Positions 48,275 to 58,000 of a DNA stretch of 64,000 nt are shown here, piece by piece. Source of the DNA: an uncultured Pseudomonadota bacterium (GTDB lineage: Bacteria; Pseudomonadota; Alphaproteobacteria; Rhizobiales; Beijerinckiaceae). Made by a program: the position numbers and the translations under genes. Under the pieces are notes generated by a model. That model saw only the letters and a program-made list of their open reading frames with translations, made no database searches and was not told the origin of the DNA. The stretch is taken from positions 3,003,257-3,067,256 of the forward strand of contig OY969917.1 in NCBI GenBank assembly GCA_963704565.1, written 5' to 3'. Positions within the stretch are counted from its first letter, which is position 1; every line of letters starts with the position of its first letter.

Positions 48275-49576
48275 TCACAAGATAAACCGGCTCAGGTCGA
48301 CATTGCGCGACAATTCGCCGACACGCGCCTCGACGTAAGGGCCATCGACCGTCACGATCTGGCCGGAATGGTCGGCCGCCGCAAAGCTGACCTCGTCCAG
48401 CACCCGCTCCATCACCGTCTGCAAGCGCCGCGCGCCGATATTCTCGACGCTCGAATTGACCTGAACCGCGACGCGCGCCAGGGTTTCGATGGCGTCCGGG
48501 GTGAAGTCCAGCGTGACGCCCTCGGTCGCCAGCAGGGCGCAATATTGCTTGGTCAGGCTGGCCTCGGGCTGGGTCAGGATGCGTTTGAAATCCTCCTCGT
48601 CGAGCGAGGACAATTCGACGCGAATCGGCAGGCGGCCCTGCAGTTCGGGCAGAAGGTCCGACGGCTTGGCGACATGGAAGGCGCCCGAGGCGATGAACAG
48701 GATGTGATCCGTCTTCACCGCGCCATGCTTGGTCGCCACCGTCGTGCCCTCGATCAGCGGCAGCAGATCGCGCTGCACCCCCTCGCGCGACACGTCGCCG
48801 GCGCGGCCCTCGCGGGCGCAGATCTTGTCGATCTCGTCGAGAAAGACGATGCCGTTGTTTTCGACTTCGCGAATCGCCAGACGCACGATCTCGTCCTGGT
48901 CGAGCAGCTTTTCGCTCTCCTCGGCCTCCAGCGGCTCGCGCGCGTCTTTGACTGCGAGTTTCTGGCTCTTGGCGCGATTGGCCTTGCCGAAAATATCGCC
49001 CAGTGAAATCGCGCCGACCGAGGCGCCCGGCATGTTGGGCAGTTCGAACATCGGCGTGGAGGACGAGGAAGACGAGGCGATCTCCACCTCGATTTCCTTG
49101 TCTTCCAGCTCGCCGGCGCGCAATTTGCGCCGGAACGCGTCGCGGGTCGCGGCGCTGGCGCTGGCGCCGACCAGAGCGGTCACGATCCGCTCCTCCGCCG
49201 CATGCTGGGCGCGGGCGGAAACATCCTTGCGCTTGGTCTGCTTGACCAAGGCTATGCCGATCTCGACGAGATCGCGGACGATCTGCTCGACGTCGCGGCC
49301 GACATAGCCGACTTCGGTGAATTTGGTCGCCTCGACCTTGAGGAAGGGCGCATTGGCGAGGCGGGCGAGGCGGCGGGCGATTTCGGTCTTGCCGCAGCCG
49401 GTCGGGCCGATCATCAGAATGTTCTTGGGCAAAACCTCCTCGCGCATCGCGCCTTCGAGGCGCAGGCGCCGCCAGCGATTGCGCAAGGCGATCGCCACCG
49501 CCCGCTTGGCGTCCTTCTGGCCGACGATATAGCGGTCCAGTTCGGAAACGATTTCCCGTGGAGAAAGGTCAGTCAT
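48275..49576 (-). CDS. hslU: ATP-dependent protease ATPase subunit HslU
   Basis: [16 protein letters not shown] and the Walker [16 protein letters not shown] are present, with [10 protein letters not shown]. Confidence 0.97.
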   Translation of the reverse strand: MTDLSPREIVSELDRYIVGQKDAKRAVAIALRNRWRRLRLEGAMREEVLPKNILMIGPTGCGKTEIARRLARLANAPFLKVEATKFTEVGYVGRDVEQIVRDLVEIGIALVKQTKRKDVSARAQHAAEERIVTALVGASASAATRDAFRRKLRAGELEDKEIEVEIASSSSSSTPMFELPNMPGASVGAISLGDIFGKANRAKSQKLAVKDAREPLEAEESEKLLDQDEIVRLAIREVENNGIVFLDEIDKICAREGRAGDVSREGVQRDLLPLIEGTTVATKHGAVKTDHILFIASGAFHVAKPSDLLPELQGRLPIRVELSSLDEEDFKRILTQPEASLTKQYCALLATEGVTLDFTPDAIETLARVAVQVNSSVENIGARRLQTVMERVLDEVSFAAADHSGQIVTVDGPYVEARVGELSRNVDLSRFIL

Positions 49577-49603
49577 GGGGCGGAGCCTGAAATGTCGCTC
49601 GCG

Positions 49604-50173
49604 TCAGAGCGAATCGATGGTTTCGACGACGATATTGGTATTGGTGTAAACGCAGATCTCCGCCGCGATCTGGAGCGCGCGCCGGGCGATGGCCTCGGCG
49701 TCGAGATCGGTGTCGATCAGGGCGCGGGCGGCGGCCAGCGCATAATTGCCGCCGGAGCCTATGCCCATGACCACGCCCTGCGCCGAGGGTTCGGGCTCAA
49801 GCACGTCGCCCGTGCCGGTGAGAACCAGGGCGGCGCTTTTGTCGGCCACCAGCATCATGGCCTCCAGCCGGCGCAGATAGCGGTCGGTGCGCCAGTCCTT
49901 GGCGAGTTCGACGCAGGCGCGCAGAAGCTGGCCGGAATATTGCTCCAGCTTGGCCTCAAGGCGCTCGCTGAGGGTGAAGGCGTCGGCGGTCGCCCCGGCG
50001 AAGCCGATGATCACCTGCCCCTTGCCGAGCCGGCGCACCTTGCGGGCGTTGCCCTTGATGATGGTCTGGCCGAGGCTGACCTGTCCGTCCCCGGCGATGA
50101 CGGTCTTGCCGCCTTTGCGCACCAGCACGATGGTGGTGGCGTGCATGGAGGGCGCGCCCGATTGGTCCGTCAT
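49604..50173 (-). CDS. hslV: ATP-dependent protease subunit HslV
   Basis: [23 protein letters not shown] contains the N-terminal Thr nucleophile region. ATG 50173 is chosen over the ORF-track TTG 50188. Confidence 0.95.
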   Translation of the reverse strand: MTDQSGAPSMHATTIVLVRKGGKTVIAGDGQVSLGQTIIKGNARKVRRLGKGQVIIGFAGATADAFTLSERLEAKLEQYSGQLLRACVELAKDWRTDRYLRRLEAMMLVADKSAALVLTGTGDVLEPEPSAQGVVMGIGSGGNYALAAARALIDTDLDAEAIARRALQIAAEICVYTNTNIVVETIDSL

Positions 50174-50218
50174 GATCGAAACCCGCAAAACGCCGTCGCC
50201 TTTGACGGCCGGACCCGC

Positions 50219-50247
50219 ATCTATGGCCTGCCTGTGGCAATGACAAG
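50219..50247 (-). promoter_or_regulatory. candidate RpoH (sigma32)-type promoter upstream of hslVU
   Basis: On the minus strand, CTTGTC-N13-GGCCATAG is a partial match to the CTTGAA-N13-15-CCCCATNT heat-shock consensus. It lies about 45 nt upstream of the hslV ATG. Confidence 0.3.
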
Positions 50248-50340
50248 CCTTTTGCGGTTAGAGTGGCGCGCGGAGGCGCCATTTGCTATGACCCGTGGCG
50301 TTCGGCCGGCTTGAGAAAAATTTTTAAGCGCACGGGCCGG

Positions 50341-50445
50341 CCAGAGCATTTTCCGTTCCTTCGGAATCGGGAAATGCCCCAGCTTATTGTTTAAACGCAT
50401 ATTCTTGTCCAAAAAGTCTGCAACTTTTTGGGAATATGCTCTAGG
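50341..50445 (+). repeat. full-length bipartite palindromic repeat (second full copy)
   Basis: CCAGAGCATTTTCCGTTCCTTCGGAATCGGGAAATGCCCCAG plus a spacer plus the 43-nt hairpin module (50397-50439), ending GCTCTAGG. It ends 5 nt before the hisB ORF ATG. Confidence 0.88.
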
Positions 50446-50450
50446 CCGCA

Positions 50451-51053
50451 ATGGGACTGCAAATGACGCGACAGGCAGAGATCAAACGCACGACCAAAGA
50501 GACGGATATCGCGGTCAAGCTGACGATCGACGGCGGCGGCGCGAGCAAGGTTTCGACCGGGATCGGCTTTTTCGATCACATGCTCGACCAGTTGGCGCGC
50601 CATTCGCTGATGGACATTGAAATCACCGCCAGCGGCGATCTGCATATCGATCAGCACCATACGGTGGAAGATGTCGGCATCGCCCTGGGCCAGGCCCTGA
50701 AAAAGGCGGCGGGCGATTTTCGCGGAATCGTGCGCTATGCCGACGCTTTTGCGCCGATGGACGAAACCCTGACCCGCGTCGCCATCGACGTGTCGGGCCG
50801 GCCGTTTCTGGTGTTCCGCACCGAAATCCCGCAGGCGAAGATCGGCGAATTCGACACCGAGCTGGTGCGCGAGTTCTTTCAGGCTTTCGCTCAGCACGCG
50901 GCGATCACGCTGCATATCGAGACGCTTTATGGCGGCAACAGCCACCATATCGTCGAATCCTGCTTCAAGGGCGTGGCGCGGGCGCTCGGCGCGGCGCTGG
51001 CGATCGACCCGCGGCAGAAGGAGCGCATTCCCTCGACCAAGGGCATGCTGTGA
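50451..51053 (+). CDS. hisB: imidazoleglycerol-phosphate dehydratase
   Basis: [20 protein letters not shown] and HH..E..FK are IGPD motifs. An alternative ATG lies at 50463 (MTRQAEIKR). Confidence 0.95.
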   Translation: MGLQMTRQAEIKRTTKETDIAVKLTIDGGGASKVSTGIGFFDHMLDQLARHSLMDIEITASGDLHIDQHHTVEDVGIALGQALKKAAGDFRGIVRYADAFAPMDETLTRVAIDVSGRPFLVFRTEIPQAKIGEFDTELVREFFQAFAQHAAITLHIETLYGGNSHHIVESCFKGVARALGAALAIDPRQKERIPSTKGML

Positions 51054-51070
51054 CGCCGCGAGGAAGCGCC

Positions 51071-51538
51071 ATGAATCTCTACGCGGTTTTCCTTCCGGCC
51101 GATGACGGCGACCTGGAGCGCGCGGCTTTCGTCAAGCAGGGCTTTTCGCGCGAAGCCTTTCTGCTGACGCCCTTCTGGGCGGCGCGCAAGAAATTATGGG
51201 GCGCGCTCGCAATGTGGCTGGCCTGGGCCGCGATCGCGGCAGGACTCGCCTGGGCGCTCAAGCTCAACGCCGATGTGGCGGGACTGGTCTATCTGATCGG
51301 CGCTTTCGCTTTCGGGCTGGAAGGCGAAAGTCTGGAGCAATCCCGTCTGACGAAGTCGGGGTTCGCCTTGCAAGCTCTGGCTTTGGGCGGCTCACGGCGC
51401 GAGGCGGAAGAGATTTTTTTCGAAGGACCGGCCAAGGATCTGCCGCCGCCGGCGCCTGAGGCCGGCGACGAGCCGGCGCCGCCGGCCGCATCGGCCGGGG
51501 CCATCGACCTGCTGGGCCTTTTTCATCCGGGGAATTGA
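51071..51538 (+). CDS. DUF2628 membrane protein (his-operon associated)
   Basis: MNLYAVFLP...FVK.GFS..AFL..PFW is as in the DUF2628 family. GAGGA lies 6 nt before ATG 51071, and the ORF-track GTG 51050 is an alternative. Confidence 0.75.
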   Translation: MNLYAVFLPADDGDLERAAFVKQGFSREAFLLTPFWAARKKLWGALAMWLAWAAIAAGLAWALKLNADVAGLVYLIGAFAFGLEGESLEQSRLTKSGFALQALALGGSRREAEEIFFEGPAKDLPPPAPEAGDEPAPPAASAGAIDLLGLFHPGN

Positions 51539-51542
51539 AGAA

Positions 51543-52193
51543 TTGAACGTCGCGATCATCGATTACGGCTCCGGCAACCTGCATTCAGCCGCCAAGGCTT
51601 TCGAGCGCGCCGCCCGCGACAGCGGAATCGCGGCCTCGATCCAGGTCACGTCCGACCCTCACGCCGTCGCGCGGGCCGACCGCATCGTGCTTCCAGGCGT
51701 CGGCGCCTTTCCCGATTGCCGCGCCGGCCTGCTCGCCATCGACGGCATGGTCGAGGCTCTGGACGAGGGCGTGCGGGGAAAAGGCAAGCCTTTCCTGGGC
51801 ATCTGCGTCGGCATGCAATTATTGGCCGAACGCGGGCTGGAGCATCATGAAACGCCCGGCCTCGGCTGGATCGAGGGGACGGTCTCGGCCATCGCGCCAA
51901 GCGATCCCAAGCTGAAAATCCCCCATATGGGCTGGAACAATTTGGCGCCGCGCCGCGCCCATCCGGTGTTCGAAGGCCTCGCGACGGGGGAGAACGGCCA
52001 GAACGCCTATTTCGTCCATTCCTTCCATCTCGTCGCCTCCAACGCCGACGATGTGATCGCCACAACCGATTACGGCGGCGCGCTGACGGCGGCGGTGGGG
52101 CGCGACACGATTGTCGGCGTGCAATTTCATCCCGAAAAGAGCCAGGCCTTCGGCTTGCGGCTGATTTCCAATTTTTTGAGGTGGCGTCCGTGA
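51543..52193 (+). CDS. hisH: imidazole glycerol phosphate synthase, glutamine amidotransferase subunit
   Basis: [13 protein letters not shown], the LPGVGAF and GICVGMQ catalytic Cys, and the HSF and QFHPEKS motifs are present. The start is TTG. Confidence 0.95.
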   Translation: MNVAIIDYGSGNLHSAAKAFERAARDSGIAASIQVTSDPHAVARADRIVLPGVGAFPDCRAGLLAIDGMVEALDEGVRGKGKPFLGICVGMQLLAERGLEHHETPGLGWIEGTVSAIAPSDPKLKIPHMGWNNLAPRRAHPVFEGLATGENGQNAYFVHSFHLVASNADDVIATTDYGGALTAAVGRDTIVGVQFHPEKSQAFGLRLISNFLRWRP

Positions 52194-52930
52194 TTCTGTT
52201 TCCGGCAATCGATCTCAAGGGCGGGCAATGCGTCCGTCTGGTCCATGGCGACATGGCGCTGGCCACCGTTTTCAACGACGATCCGACCGCACAGGCCCTG
52301 ACTTTCGAGCGCCAGGGCTTCGAATATCTCCATGTCGTCGATCTCGATGGGGCCTTCGCCGGCAAGCCGATCAACGCCCAGGCCGTCGAAAAGGTTCTGG
52401 CGGCCCTGACCCGCATGCCGGTCCAGCTCGGCGGCGGCATCCGCGACATGCGCACCATCGACGGCTGGCTGGAAAAAGGCATTGCGCGGGTCATCATCGG
52501 CACGGCCGCCGTGCGCGATCCCGCTTTGGTGCGCGAGGCCGCCCGCCGCCATCCCGGCAAGATCGCCATCGGCGTCGACGCCCGCGACGGCCTGGTCGCG
52601 GTCGAGGGCTGGGCCAAATCGTCCCAGCTCACGGCGGTCGAACTGGGCAAGAGATTCGAAGACGCCGGCGTCGCCGCGATCATTTACACCGACATTTCCC
52701 GCGACGGCGTGCTCAAGGGCCTGAATATCGAGGCGACGCTGGCGCTGGCGAACAGCCTGTCGATTCCGGTGATCGCTTCCGGCGGACTCGCCTCGATCGC
52801 CGATATCGAAAGGCTGCTGGAGCCGGATTGCGCGCGTCTCGCCGGAGCCATCACCGGCCGGGCGCTTTATGACGGCCGGCTCGACCCCGAGCGGGCGTTA
52901 AAGCTCATCAAGTCGAAATGCGCCGCCTGA
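52190..52930 (+). CDS. hisA: 1-(5-phosphoribosyl)-5-[(5-phosphoribosylamino)methylideneamino]imidazole-4-carboxamide isomerase
   Basis: (M)[16 protein letters not shown] is a canonical HisA N-terminus. GTG 52190 overlaps the hisH TGA as GTGA, with a GAGGTGG RBS. The ORF-track start is 52181. Confidence 0.94.
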   Translation: MILFPAIDLKGGQCVRLVHGDMALATVFNDDPTAQALTFERQGFEYLHVVDLDGAFAGKPINAQAVEKVLAALTRMPVQLGGGIRDMRTIDGWLEKGIARVIIGTAAVRDPALVREAARRHPGKIAIGVDARDGLVAVEGWAKSSQLTAVELGKRFEDAGVAAIIYTDISRDGVLKGLNIEATLALANSLSIPVIASGGLASIADIERLLEPDCARLAGAITGRALYDGRLDPERALKLIKSKCAA

Positions 52931-52942
52931 GGGGAGGGTAAT

Positions 52943-53734
52943 TTGCTCAAGACTCGCGTCATTCCCTGCCTCGACGTGAAAGACGGCCGGGTGGTCAAAG
53001 GCGTCAATTTCGTCAATCTGCGCGACGCCGGCGATCCGGTCCAATGCGCCATCGCCTATGACGCCGCCGGCGCGGACGAATTGTGCTTTCTCGACATCAC
53101 CGCCAGCCACGAAGAGCGCAATCTCCTGTTCGATGTCGTGCGCCGGACGGCGGAAGCCTGCTTCATGCCGCTGACCGTCGGCGGCGGCGTGCGCACGCTG
53201 GACGACATCCGCAATCTGCTGCTCGCCGGGGCAGACAAGGCCTCGATCATGACCGCCGCCGTCCACGACCGCGATTTCGTCCGGCGCGGCGCGGAAAAAT
53301 TCGGCAGCCAGTGCATTGTCGTCGCCATCGACGCCAAGGCCGTCTCAGCCGGTCGCTGGGAAATCTTCACCCATGGCGGGCGCCGGCCGACCGGCATCGA
53401 CGCGGTCGAATATGCGCGGGAAATCGTCGCTCTGGGCGCGGGCGAAATTCTGCTGACCTCGATGGATCGCGACGGCGCCAAATCGGGCTTCGACATCGAA
53501 TTGACGCGGGCGGTCTCCGACGCCGTCTCGGTTCCGGTCATCGCTTCGGGCGGGGTGGGAACGCTCGAACATCTGGTCGAAGGCGTGCGCGACGGCGGCG
53601 CCAGCGCCGTTCTGGCGGCCTCGATTTTCCATTTCGGCGAATTTTCGATCGGCGAGGCCAAGGCCTATATGGCCAAAGCCGGCCTGCCGATGCGGCTCGA
53701 TCCCCCGGACGTTCAGGGCGCGGCAAGACAATGA
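52943..53734 (+). CDS. hisF: imidazole glycerol phosphate synthase, cyclase subunit
   Basis: [23 protein letters not shown] and ASGG.G are present. The start is TTG, after GGGGAGGG. Confidence 0.96.
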   Translation: MLKTRVIPCLDVKDGRVVKGVNFVNLRDAGDPVQCAIAYDAAGADELCFLDITASHEERNLLFDVVRRTAEACFMPLTVGGGVRTLDDIRNLLLAGADKASIMTAAVHDRDFVRRGAEKFGSQCIVVAIDAKAVSAGRWEIFTHGGRRPTGIDAVEYAREIVALGAGEILLTSMDRDGAKSGFDIELTRAVSDAVSVPVIASGGVGTLEHLVEGVRDGGASAVLAASIFHFGEFSIGEAKAYMAKAGLPMRLDPPDVQGAARQ

Positions 53735-54054
53735 CAGAATCCTTCACCCTTCACGATCTCGCCGCGCTGATCGCGCAACGCGCGCAATCGACGGCCGACG
53801 AATCCTACACCAAGAGCCTTCTGGTGTCGGGGACCGGCAGGATCGCCAAGAAATTCGGCGAAGAGGCCGTCGAGGCCGTCATCGCGGCGGTCCAGAAAGA
53901 CCGGAACGCGCTGAAGCTGGAGGCCGCCGACGTCCTCTATCATCTATTGGTCTTGCTTCAAGACGGCGGCGTTTCGTTGCAGGATGTCCTCGATGAGCTG
54001 GCTTGGCGCACCCGCCAATCGGGCCATGAAGAAAAGGCGTCCAGAACCGGTTAG
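53731..54054 (+). CDS. hisE: phosphoribosyl-ATP pyrophosphohydrolase
   Basis: ATG 53731 overlaps the hisF stop as ATGA. SYT..L...G...I.KK.GEEA.E..IA and [12 protein letters not shown] are HisE signatures. Confidence 0.93.
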   Translation: MTESFTLHDLAALIAQRAQSTADESYTKSLLVSGTGRIAKKFGEEAVEAVIAAVQKDRNALKLEAADVLYHLLVLLQDGGVSLQDVLDELAWRTRQSGHEEKASRTG

Positions 54055-54080
54055 GACGTCCGGCGCGTTTGGAGGCGGTC

Positions 54081-55073
54081 TTGACGGGAAACGTTGGACA
54101 GATCGGCGACGAGTCTTTTTCCAGCGAAACGACCGGCCCCAATCTTTCTCCCTATCGCCATTTCTCCAGGGACGAATGGGCCAAGCTGCGCGCCGACACG
54201 CCGCTGACGCTGACCATCGACGATCTCAAGCGGCTTCAGTCGCTCAACGATCCGATCTCGCTCGAAGAAGTCATCGCCATTTACCTGCCGCTGTCGCGCC
54301 TGCTGGCGCTTTATGTCGCGGCGACCCAGGGGCTGTTCAAGGCGACGCAGCGCTTTCTCGGGGCGGACGACGGCAAGGTGCCCTATATTATCGGCGTCGC
54401 GGGCTCGGTCGCGGTGGGCAAGTCCACCACGGCGCGCGTGCTCCAGGCTCTGCTGTCGCGCTGGCCGAACACGCCGAAAGTCGATCTGATCACCACCGAC
54501 GGCTTCCTTCTGCCCAATGCGCAACTGGAAAGCCAGGATCTGATGGATCGCAAGGGCTTTCCCGAAAGCTACGACACCAACGGGCTTCTGCGTTTTCTCT
54601 CGGACGTCAAAGCCGGCCGAAGCCATGTCGAGGCGCCGAGCTATTCGCATCTGACCTATGACGTGGTGCCGGGCAAGACAATCAGCATCGACCGGCCGGA
54701 CATATTGATCGTCGAAGGGGTCAACGTGCTCCTGCCCAGCCGCTTGCCGCGCGACGGCAAGGAAACGCCTTTCGTCTCGGATTTCTTCGATTTTTCGGTC
54801 TATCTCGACGCCGACGAAGACCAGCTGGAGACATGGTATGTCTCCCGTTTCATGCGGCTGCGCTCGACCGCCTTCCGCGATCCCCGGTCCTATTTCCGGA
54901 AATATGCCGATCTTTCCGACGAGGAGGCCGAGGCGACGGCGCGGAGCATCTGGAAGCGCATCAACCTGCGCAACCTGCATGAAAACATTCTGCCGACGCG
55001 CGCCCGCGCCAGCCTGATCCTGACCAAGGATTCCAGCCATCGCATCGAATCGGTGGCCTTGCGCAAATTATAG
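54081..55073 (+). CDS. coaA: type I pantothenate kinase
   Basis: [12 protein letters not shown] is present. P-loop [19 protein letters not shown] is collinear with E. coli CoaA. TTG 54081 lies 5 nt after GGAGG, and the ORF-track TTG 54069 is an alternative. Confidence 0.93.
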   Translation: MTGNVGQIGDESFSSETTGPNLSPYRHFSRDEWAKLRADTPLTLTIDDLKRLQSLNDPISLEEVIAIYLPLSRLLALYVAATQGLFKATQRFLGADDGKVPYIIGVAGSVAVGKSTTARVLQALLSRWPNTPKVDLITTDGFLLPNAQLESQDLMDRKGFPESYDTNGLLRFLSDVKAGRSHVEAPSYSHLTYDVVPGKTISIDRPDILIVEGVNVLLPSRLPRDGKETPFVSDFFDFSVYLDADEDQLETWYVSRFMRLRSTAFRDPRSYFRKYADLSDEEAEATARSIWKRINLRNLHENILPTRARASLILTKDSSHRIESVALRKL

Positions 55074-55075
55074 AC

Positions 55076-55453
55076 TTATCCGACGGTCTGGAATGTCGTC
55101 TTGTTTTCCAGCACGCCGAGCACGCGGCGCAATTCCGAACCGCGTTTGAGGATCAGCCCGGTCGGGGCGACCACCATATAGGCGCCTTGCTTGCGCGCCG
55201 ATTTCGGCTCCTTGACGATCCGGTAGAAGGCCGCCTCGCCGCAGCGACGGAAGATCGAGAAAATCGCCCGCTGGGCCGAGAAATCGAGGGCGTAATCGCG
55301 CCAGATTCCTTGGGACACCATTCGCCCGTAAAGATCGAAGATCGCCTGCAATTCACGGCGGTCGAAGCCGACGACCTCGCGGGAAAGCCCGCCGGGGGGC
55401 GGGGGACGAAAGGGATGAAGGTTGGCTTCGGAAGGATTTTCGCTCAAGCACAA
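55076..55453 (-). CDS. DUF2794 domain protein
   Basis: V.FDRREL..I...YGRMV..G.WRDYA.DF....A.FS.FRR is as I recall for DUF2794. The start is TTG and is uncertain. Confidence 0.65.
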   Translation of the reverse strand: MCLSENPSEANLHPFRPPPPGGLSREVVGFDRRELQAIFDLYGRMVSQGIWRDYALDFSAQRAIFSIFRRCGEAAFYRIVKEPKSARKQGAYMVVAPTGLILKRGSELRRVLGVLENKTTFQTVG

Positions 55454-55527
55454 GCCCTTGCGCGGAAAGACCGCTTGATGATGATCCGTTTCCGGTCCGA
55501 GGGCAAGGGCGCTGGTCTTGGCGGAGA

Positions 55528-56178
55528 TCAGGCGGCGCGCGCCGCCGCGATGAAGGCGCGGATTTTTTCCACGCTTTTCCGCCCTGGCGCCGTTTCGACC
55601 CCGGAGGACACGTCCACGCCAGGGGCGCCGGTCAGGCGGATCGCCGCGGCGACATTCTGCGGATCGAGCCCGCCCGAAAGCATCCAGTCCGGCTTCTTGA
55701 GCGCGCGCGCGCCCTCCTGAAGCAGGGTCCAGTCGAAGCTGAGGCCATTGCCGCCGGGCAAAATGGCGTCTTTCGGCGGCTTGGCGTCGAACAACAGGCG
55801 GTCGGCCACCGCCTCATAAGCCGCGACGCGCGAAAAATCGGTCTTTTCGGCGATGCCGAGCGCCTTGAGGATCGGCAGGCCGAAGGTCTGGCGCAGGGCC
55901 GCAACCCGCTCCGGGCTTTCCGCGCCATGCAATTGCAGCCAATCGGGGGCCAGAGCCTCGACGACCGCCGCGATGCGCGCATCGTCGGCGTCCACCACCA
56001 GCGCGACCTTTTCCGCCCGCCCGTGCGCCTGTCCGGACAGGCGGCGCGCCCGATCGAGAGTGAGATGCCGCAGACTTTTCTCGAAAAAGACGAAGCCGAC
56101 CATGTCGGCGCCGCCGGCCAAAGCGGCTTCGAGCGATTCTGGTTCCGTCAGGCCGCAAATCTTGACGATAATGGCCAT
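55528..56178 (-). CDS. trpF: phosphoribosylanthranilate isomerase
   Basis: VKICGL.....L.AA...GAD..GFVFF..S.R and LQLHG are present, with LSGGL...NV at the C-terminus. Confidence 0.92.
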   Translation of the reverse strand: MAIIVKICGLTEPESLEAALAGGADMVGFVFFEKSLRHLTLDRARRLSGQAHGRAEKVALVVDADDARIAAVVEALAPDWLQLHGAESPERVAALRQTFGLPILKALGIAEKTDFSRVAAYEAVADRLLFDAKPPKDAILPGGNGLSFDWTLLQEGARALKKPDWMLSGGLDPQNVAAAIRLTGAPGVDVSSGVETAPGRKSVEKIRAFIAAARAA

Positions 56179-56184
56179 TTGGCC

Positions 56185-56544
56185 TCAGGCGGCGCGGGTC
56201 GGGACGGCCGCGGCGGCGGCGCTCGGCGAAAGCCGCAGTTCGGTGTTTTGCGCGCGCAAGGCTTCGTTCTCGCGGCGGAGATTTTCGAGCTGCGCCTTGG
56301 CCGCGCGCAACGACTTGCGATGCCGGCCCTGGTCCAGCCAGGCCAGGGCCCAGCCGAAAATCAGGCCGACGATGACCGCGCCGATCATGATCCAGTAAAG
56401 CGGCGCGGGGAGTTGCGGCGAGGGCAGGTCGCCGCCGGTGATCGGATCGAAATGGAGGATGACAATCTGCCGGTTGGCCATGAAAAAGGCCACCAGGATC
56501 AGAGCCAAAGGCACCAGAATCAGGAGTTTCAGCAAGCCGCGCAT
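56185..56544 (-). CDS. LapA/DUF1049-family inner-membrane protein
   Basis: Two TM helices are followed by a coiled-coil tail (KAQLENLRRENEALRAQNTEL). Its position next to ihfB is typical. Confidence 0.7.
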   Translation of the reverse strand: MRGLLKLLILVPLALILVAFFMANRQIVILHFDPITGGDLPSPQLPAPLYWIMIGAVIVGLIFGWALAWLDQGRHRKSLRAAKAQLENLRRENEALRAQNTELRLSPSAAAAAVPTRAA

Positions 56545-56577
56545 GTTCGCCCCATTCGCCTGTCGCCAGGCGTTGTT

Positions 56578-56868
56578 TCAGACCGAGTTCTGATCGTTCA
56601 GGCGCTCGCGCAATTCCTTGCCCGTCTTGAAGAAGGGCACGAATTTTTCGGCGACGTCGACCTGATCGCCGGTGCGCGGATTGCGTCCGACGCGCGCGTC
56701 GCGCTTCTTGACCGAAAAGGCGCCGAAGCCACGCAACTCCACCCGGTCGCCGCGCGACAGGGCATCCGTCACCTCGTCGAGAATGGCGTTGACGATATTC
56801 TCGACATCGCGAAGGTAAAGATGGGGATTGCGATCGGCGATGCGTTGAACGAGTTCCGATTTGATCAC
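56578..56868 (-). CDS. ihfB: integration host factor subunit beta
   Basis: (M)[14 protein letters not shown]...DVE.IV..I.....[25 protein letters not shown] is present. GTG 56868 is proposed, and the longer ORF to 57162 is antisense to sppA. Confidence 0.93.
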   Translation of the reverse strand: MIKSELVQRIADRNPHLYLRDVENIVNAILDEVTDALSRGDRVELRGFGAFSVKKRDARVGRNPRTGDQVDVAEKFVPFFKTGKELRERLNDQNSV

Positions 56869-56914
56869 TGAAGTCGCCCCAGTTCGGCGCGAAAAACGCG
56901 CTCTGATTTGGAAT

Positions 56915-57883
56915 TTATTTTGGCGCGTCAAACTGCCAAATCGCCAGAAGTCCGTCAAGCGCCGAGGCGGCGCGGGCGCCTTCGGCTTTGCGCGCCAGCT
57001 CCGCCGCCTGCGGATAACCCATGGCGGAGAGGGCTGCGGTCGCCATGCTGAACAGGCCGAACTTGCTTTCGATGGCGGGCTTTTTCCAGTCGCGGATCGG
57101 CAGACCCTTGGCCACGCCCTTTTCCTTCTCCAGCCAGGCCTTGGCCTCGTCCTCGCCGCCATTGGCGTCGATCAGTTTGAGCGCCAGAGCCTGATGGCCG
57201 GTGAAGACGCGGCCGTCCGAAACGGCGGCCAGCTCGGCGTCGGTCAGCTTGCGCCGTTCCTTCACCAGATTCTTGAACCAATTATAGGAATCGACGACCA
57301 GCGCATTCATCGCGCCGCGGGCGGCGTCGCTGGTCGGGTCGAAGAAGTTCGGCGCGTCCTTCAGCGGCGCGGATTTGAAGGTCTCGACCTTCACCCCGAC
57401 ATTGTCGAGCAGCTTGCCGAAATTCGGGACTTGCAGCAACACGCCGATCGAGCCGACCAAGGTGTTGTCGCTGGCGAAAACGCGATCCGCGCCGAGCGCG
57501 GTGATAAAGCCGCCCGAGGCCGCCATATTGTCCACCACCGCGACGACCGGCTTTTTCTTGGCGGCCTCGCGCAAGGTCCGGTAAAGCCGCTCCGATCCGG
57601 TCACCGTGCCGCCGGGGCTGTCGATGTCCACGATCAGCGCGCTCGCCCGTGATTTGGCGGCGTCCTTGATGAGCTTGAGCGTGGCCTGATCCCCGGTGAT
57701 CATCCCGCTTATTTCGATGCGCGCGATATGGGGCGTGAGATGATTCTCGGCGCCGCTGAGGCGGCCCGCCGCGACGACGATCGCCACAATGATCGCGGCC
57801 AAAGCGAACAGACGCCAGAAGGTGATTTTGCGGCGCATTTGCCGCCGATCGAGAATGGTTTCAACAGGCGTGGTTTGCGTCAT
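56915..57883 (-). CDS. sppA: signal peptide peptidase SppA (36K type)
   Basis: Internal ATG 57883. An N-terminal TM is present. DIDSPGG, MAASGGF (Ser nucleophile) and GSIGV are present, with a catalytic Lys region. Confidence 0.92.
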   Translation of the reverse strand: MTQTTPVETILDRRQMRRKITFWRLFALAAIIVAIVVAAGRLSGAENHLTPHIARIEISGMITGDQATLKLIKDAAKSRASALIVDIDSPGGTVTGSERLYRTLREAAKKKPVVAVVDNMAASGGFITALGADRVFASDNTLVGSIGVLLQVPNFGKLLDNVGVKVETFKSAPLKDAPNFFDPTSDAARGAMNALVVDSYNWFKNLVKERRKLTDAELAAVSDGRVFTGHQALALKLIDANGGEDEAKAWLEKEKGVAKGLPIRDWKKPAIESKFGLFSMATAALSAMGYPQAAELARKAEGARAASALDGLLAIWQFDAPK

Positions 57884-57946
57884 GCGAGGGCTCCATTCGC
57901 TCCTGTTTAGGCCGACGCCCCCAAAAGCACAACGGCTGGCCCGCAT

Positions 57947-57978
57947 GAAAAACCCCGCGCGAAAAATTTCGCGCGGGG
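57947..57978 (-). terminator. rho-independent terminator after rpsA
   Basis: On the minus strand, CCCCGCGCGAAA-TT-TTTCGCGCGGGG is followed by TTTTTC. It starts 23 nt after the rpsA stop. Confidence 0.8.
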
Positions 57979-58000
57979 CTCATCCTTTGAAGCGAAAAGC

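Noticed and set aside
50221-50451. 76-aa minus-strand ORF ([36 protein letters not shown]...) and the related small ORFs 6088-6312(-) and 26089-26361(+).
   Set aside because: They are read-throughs of the palindromic repeat copies. The shared peptide strings simply reflect the shared DNA repeat, and the frames are not conserved beyond the element.
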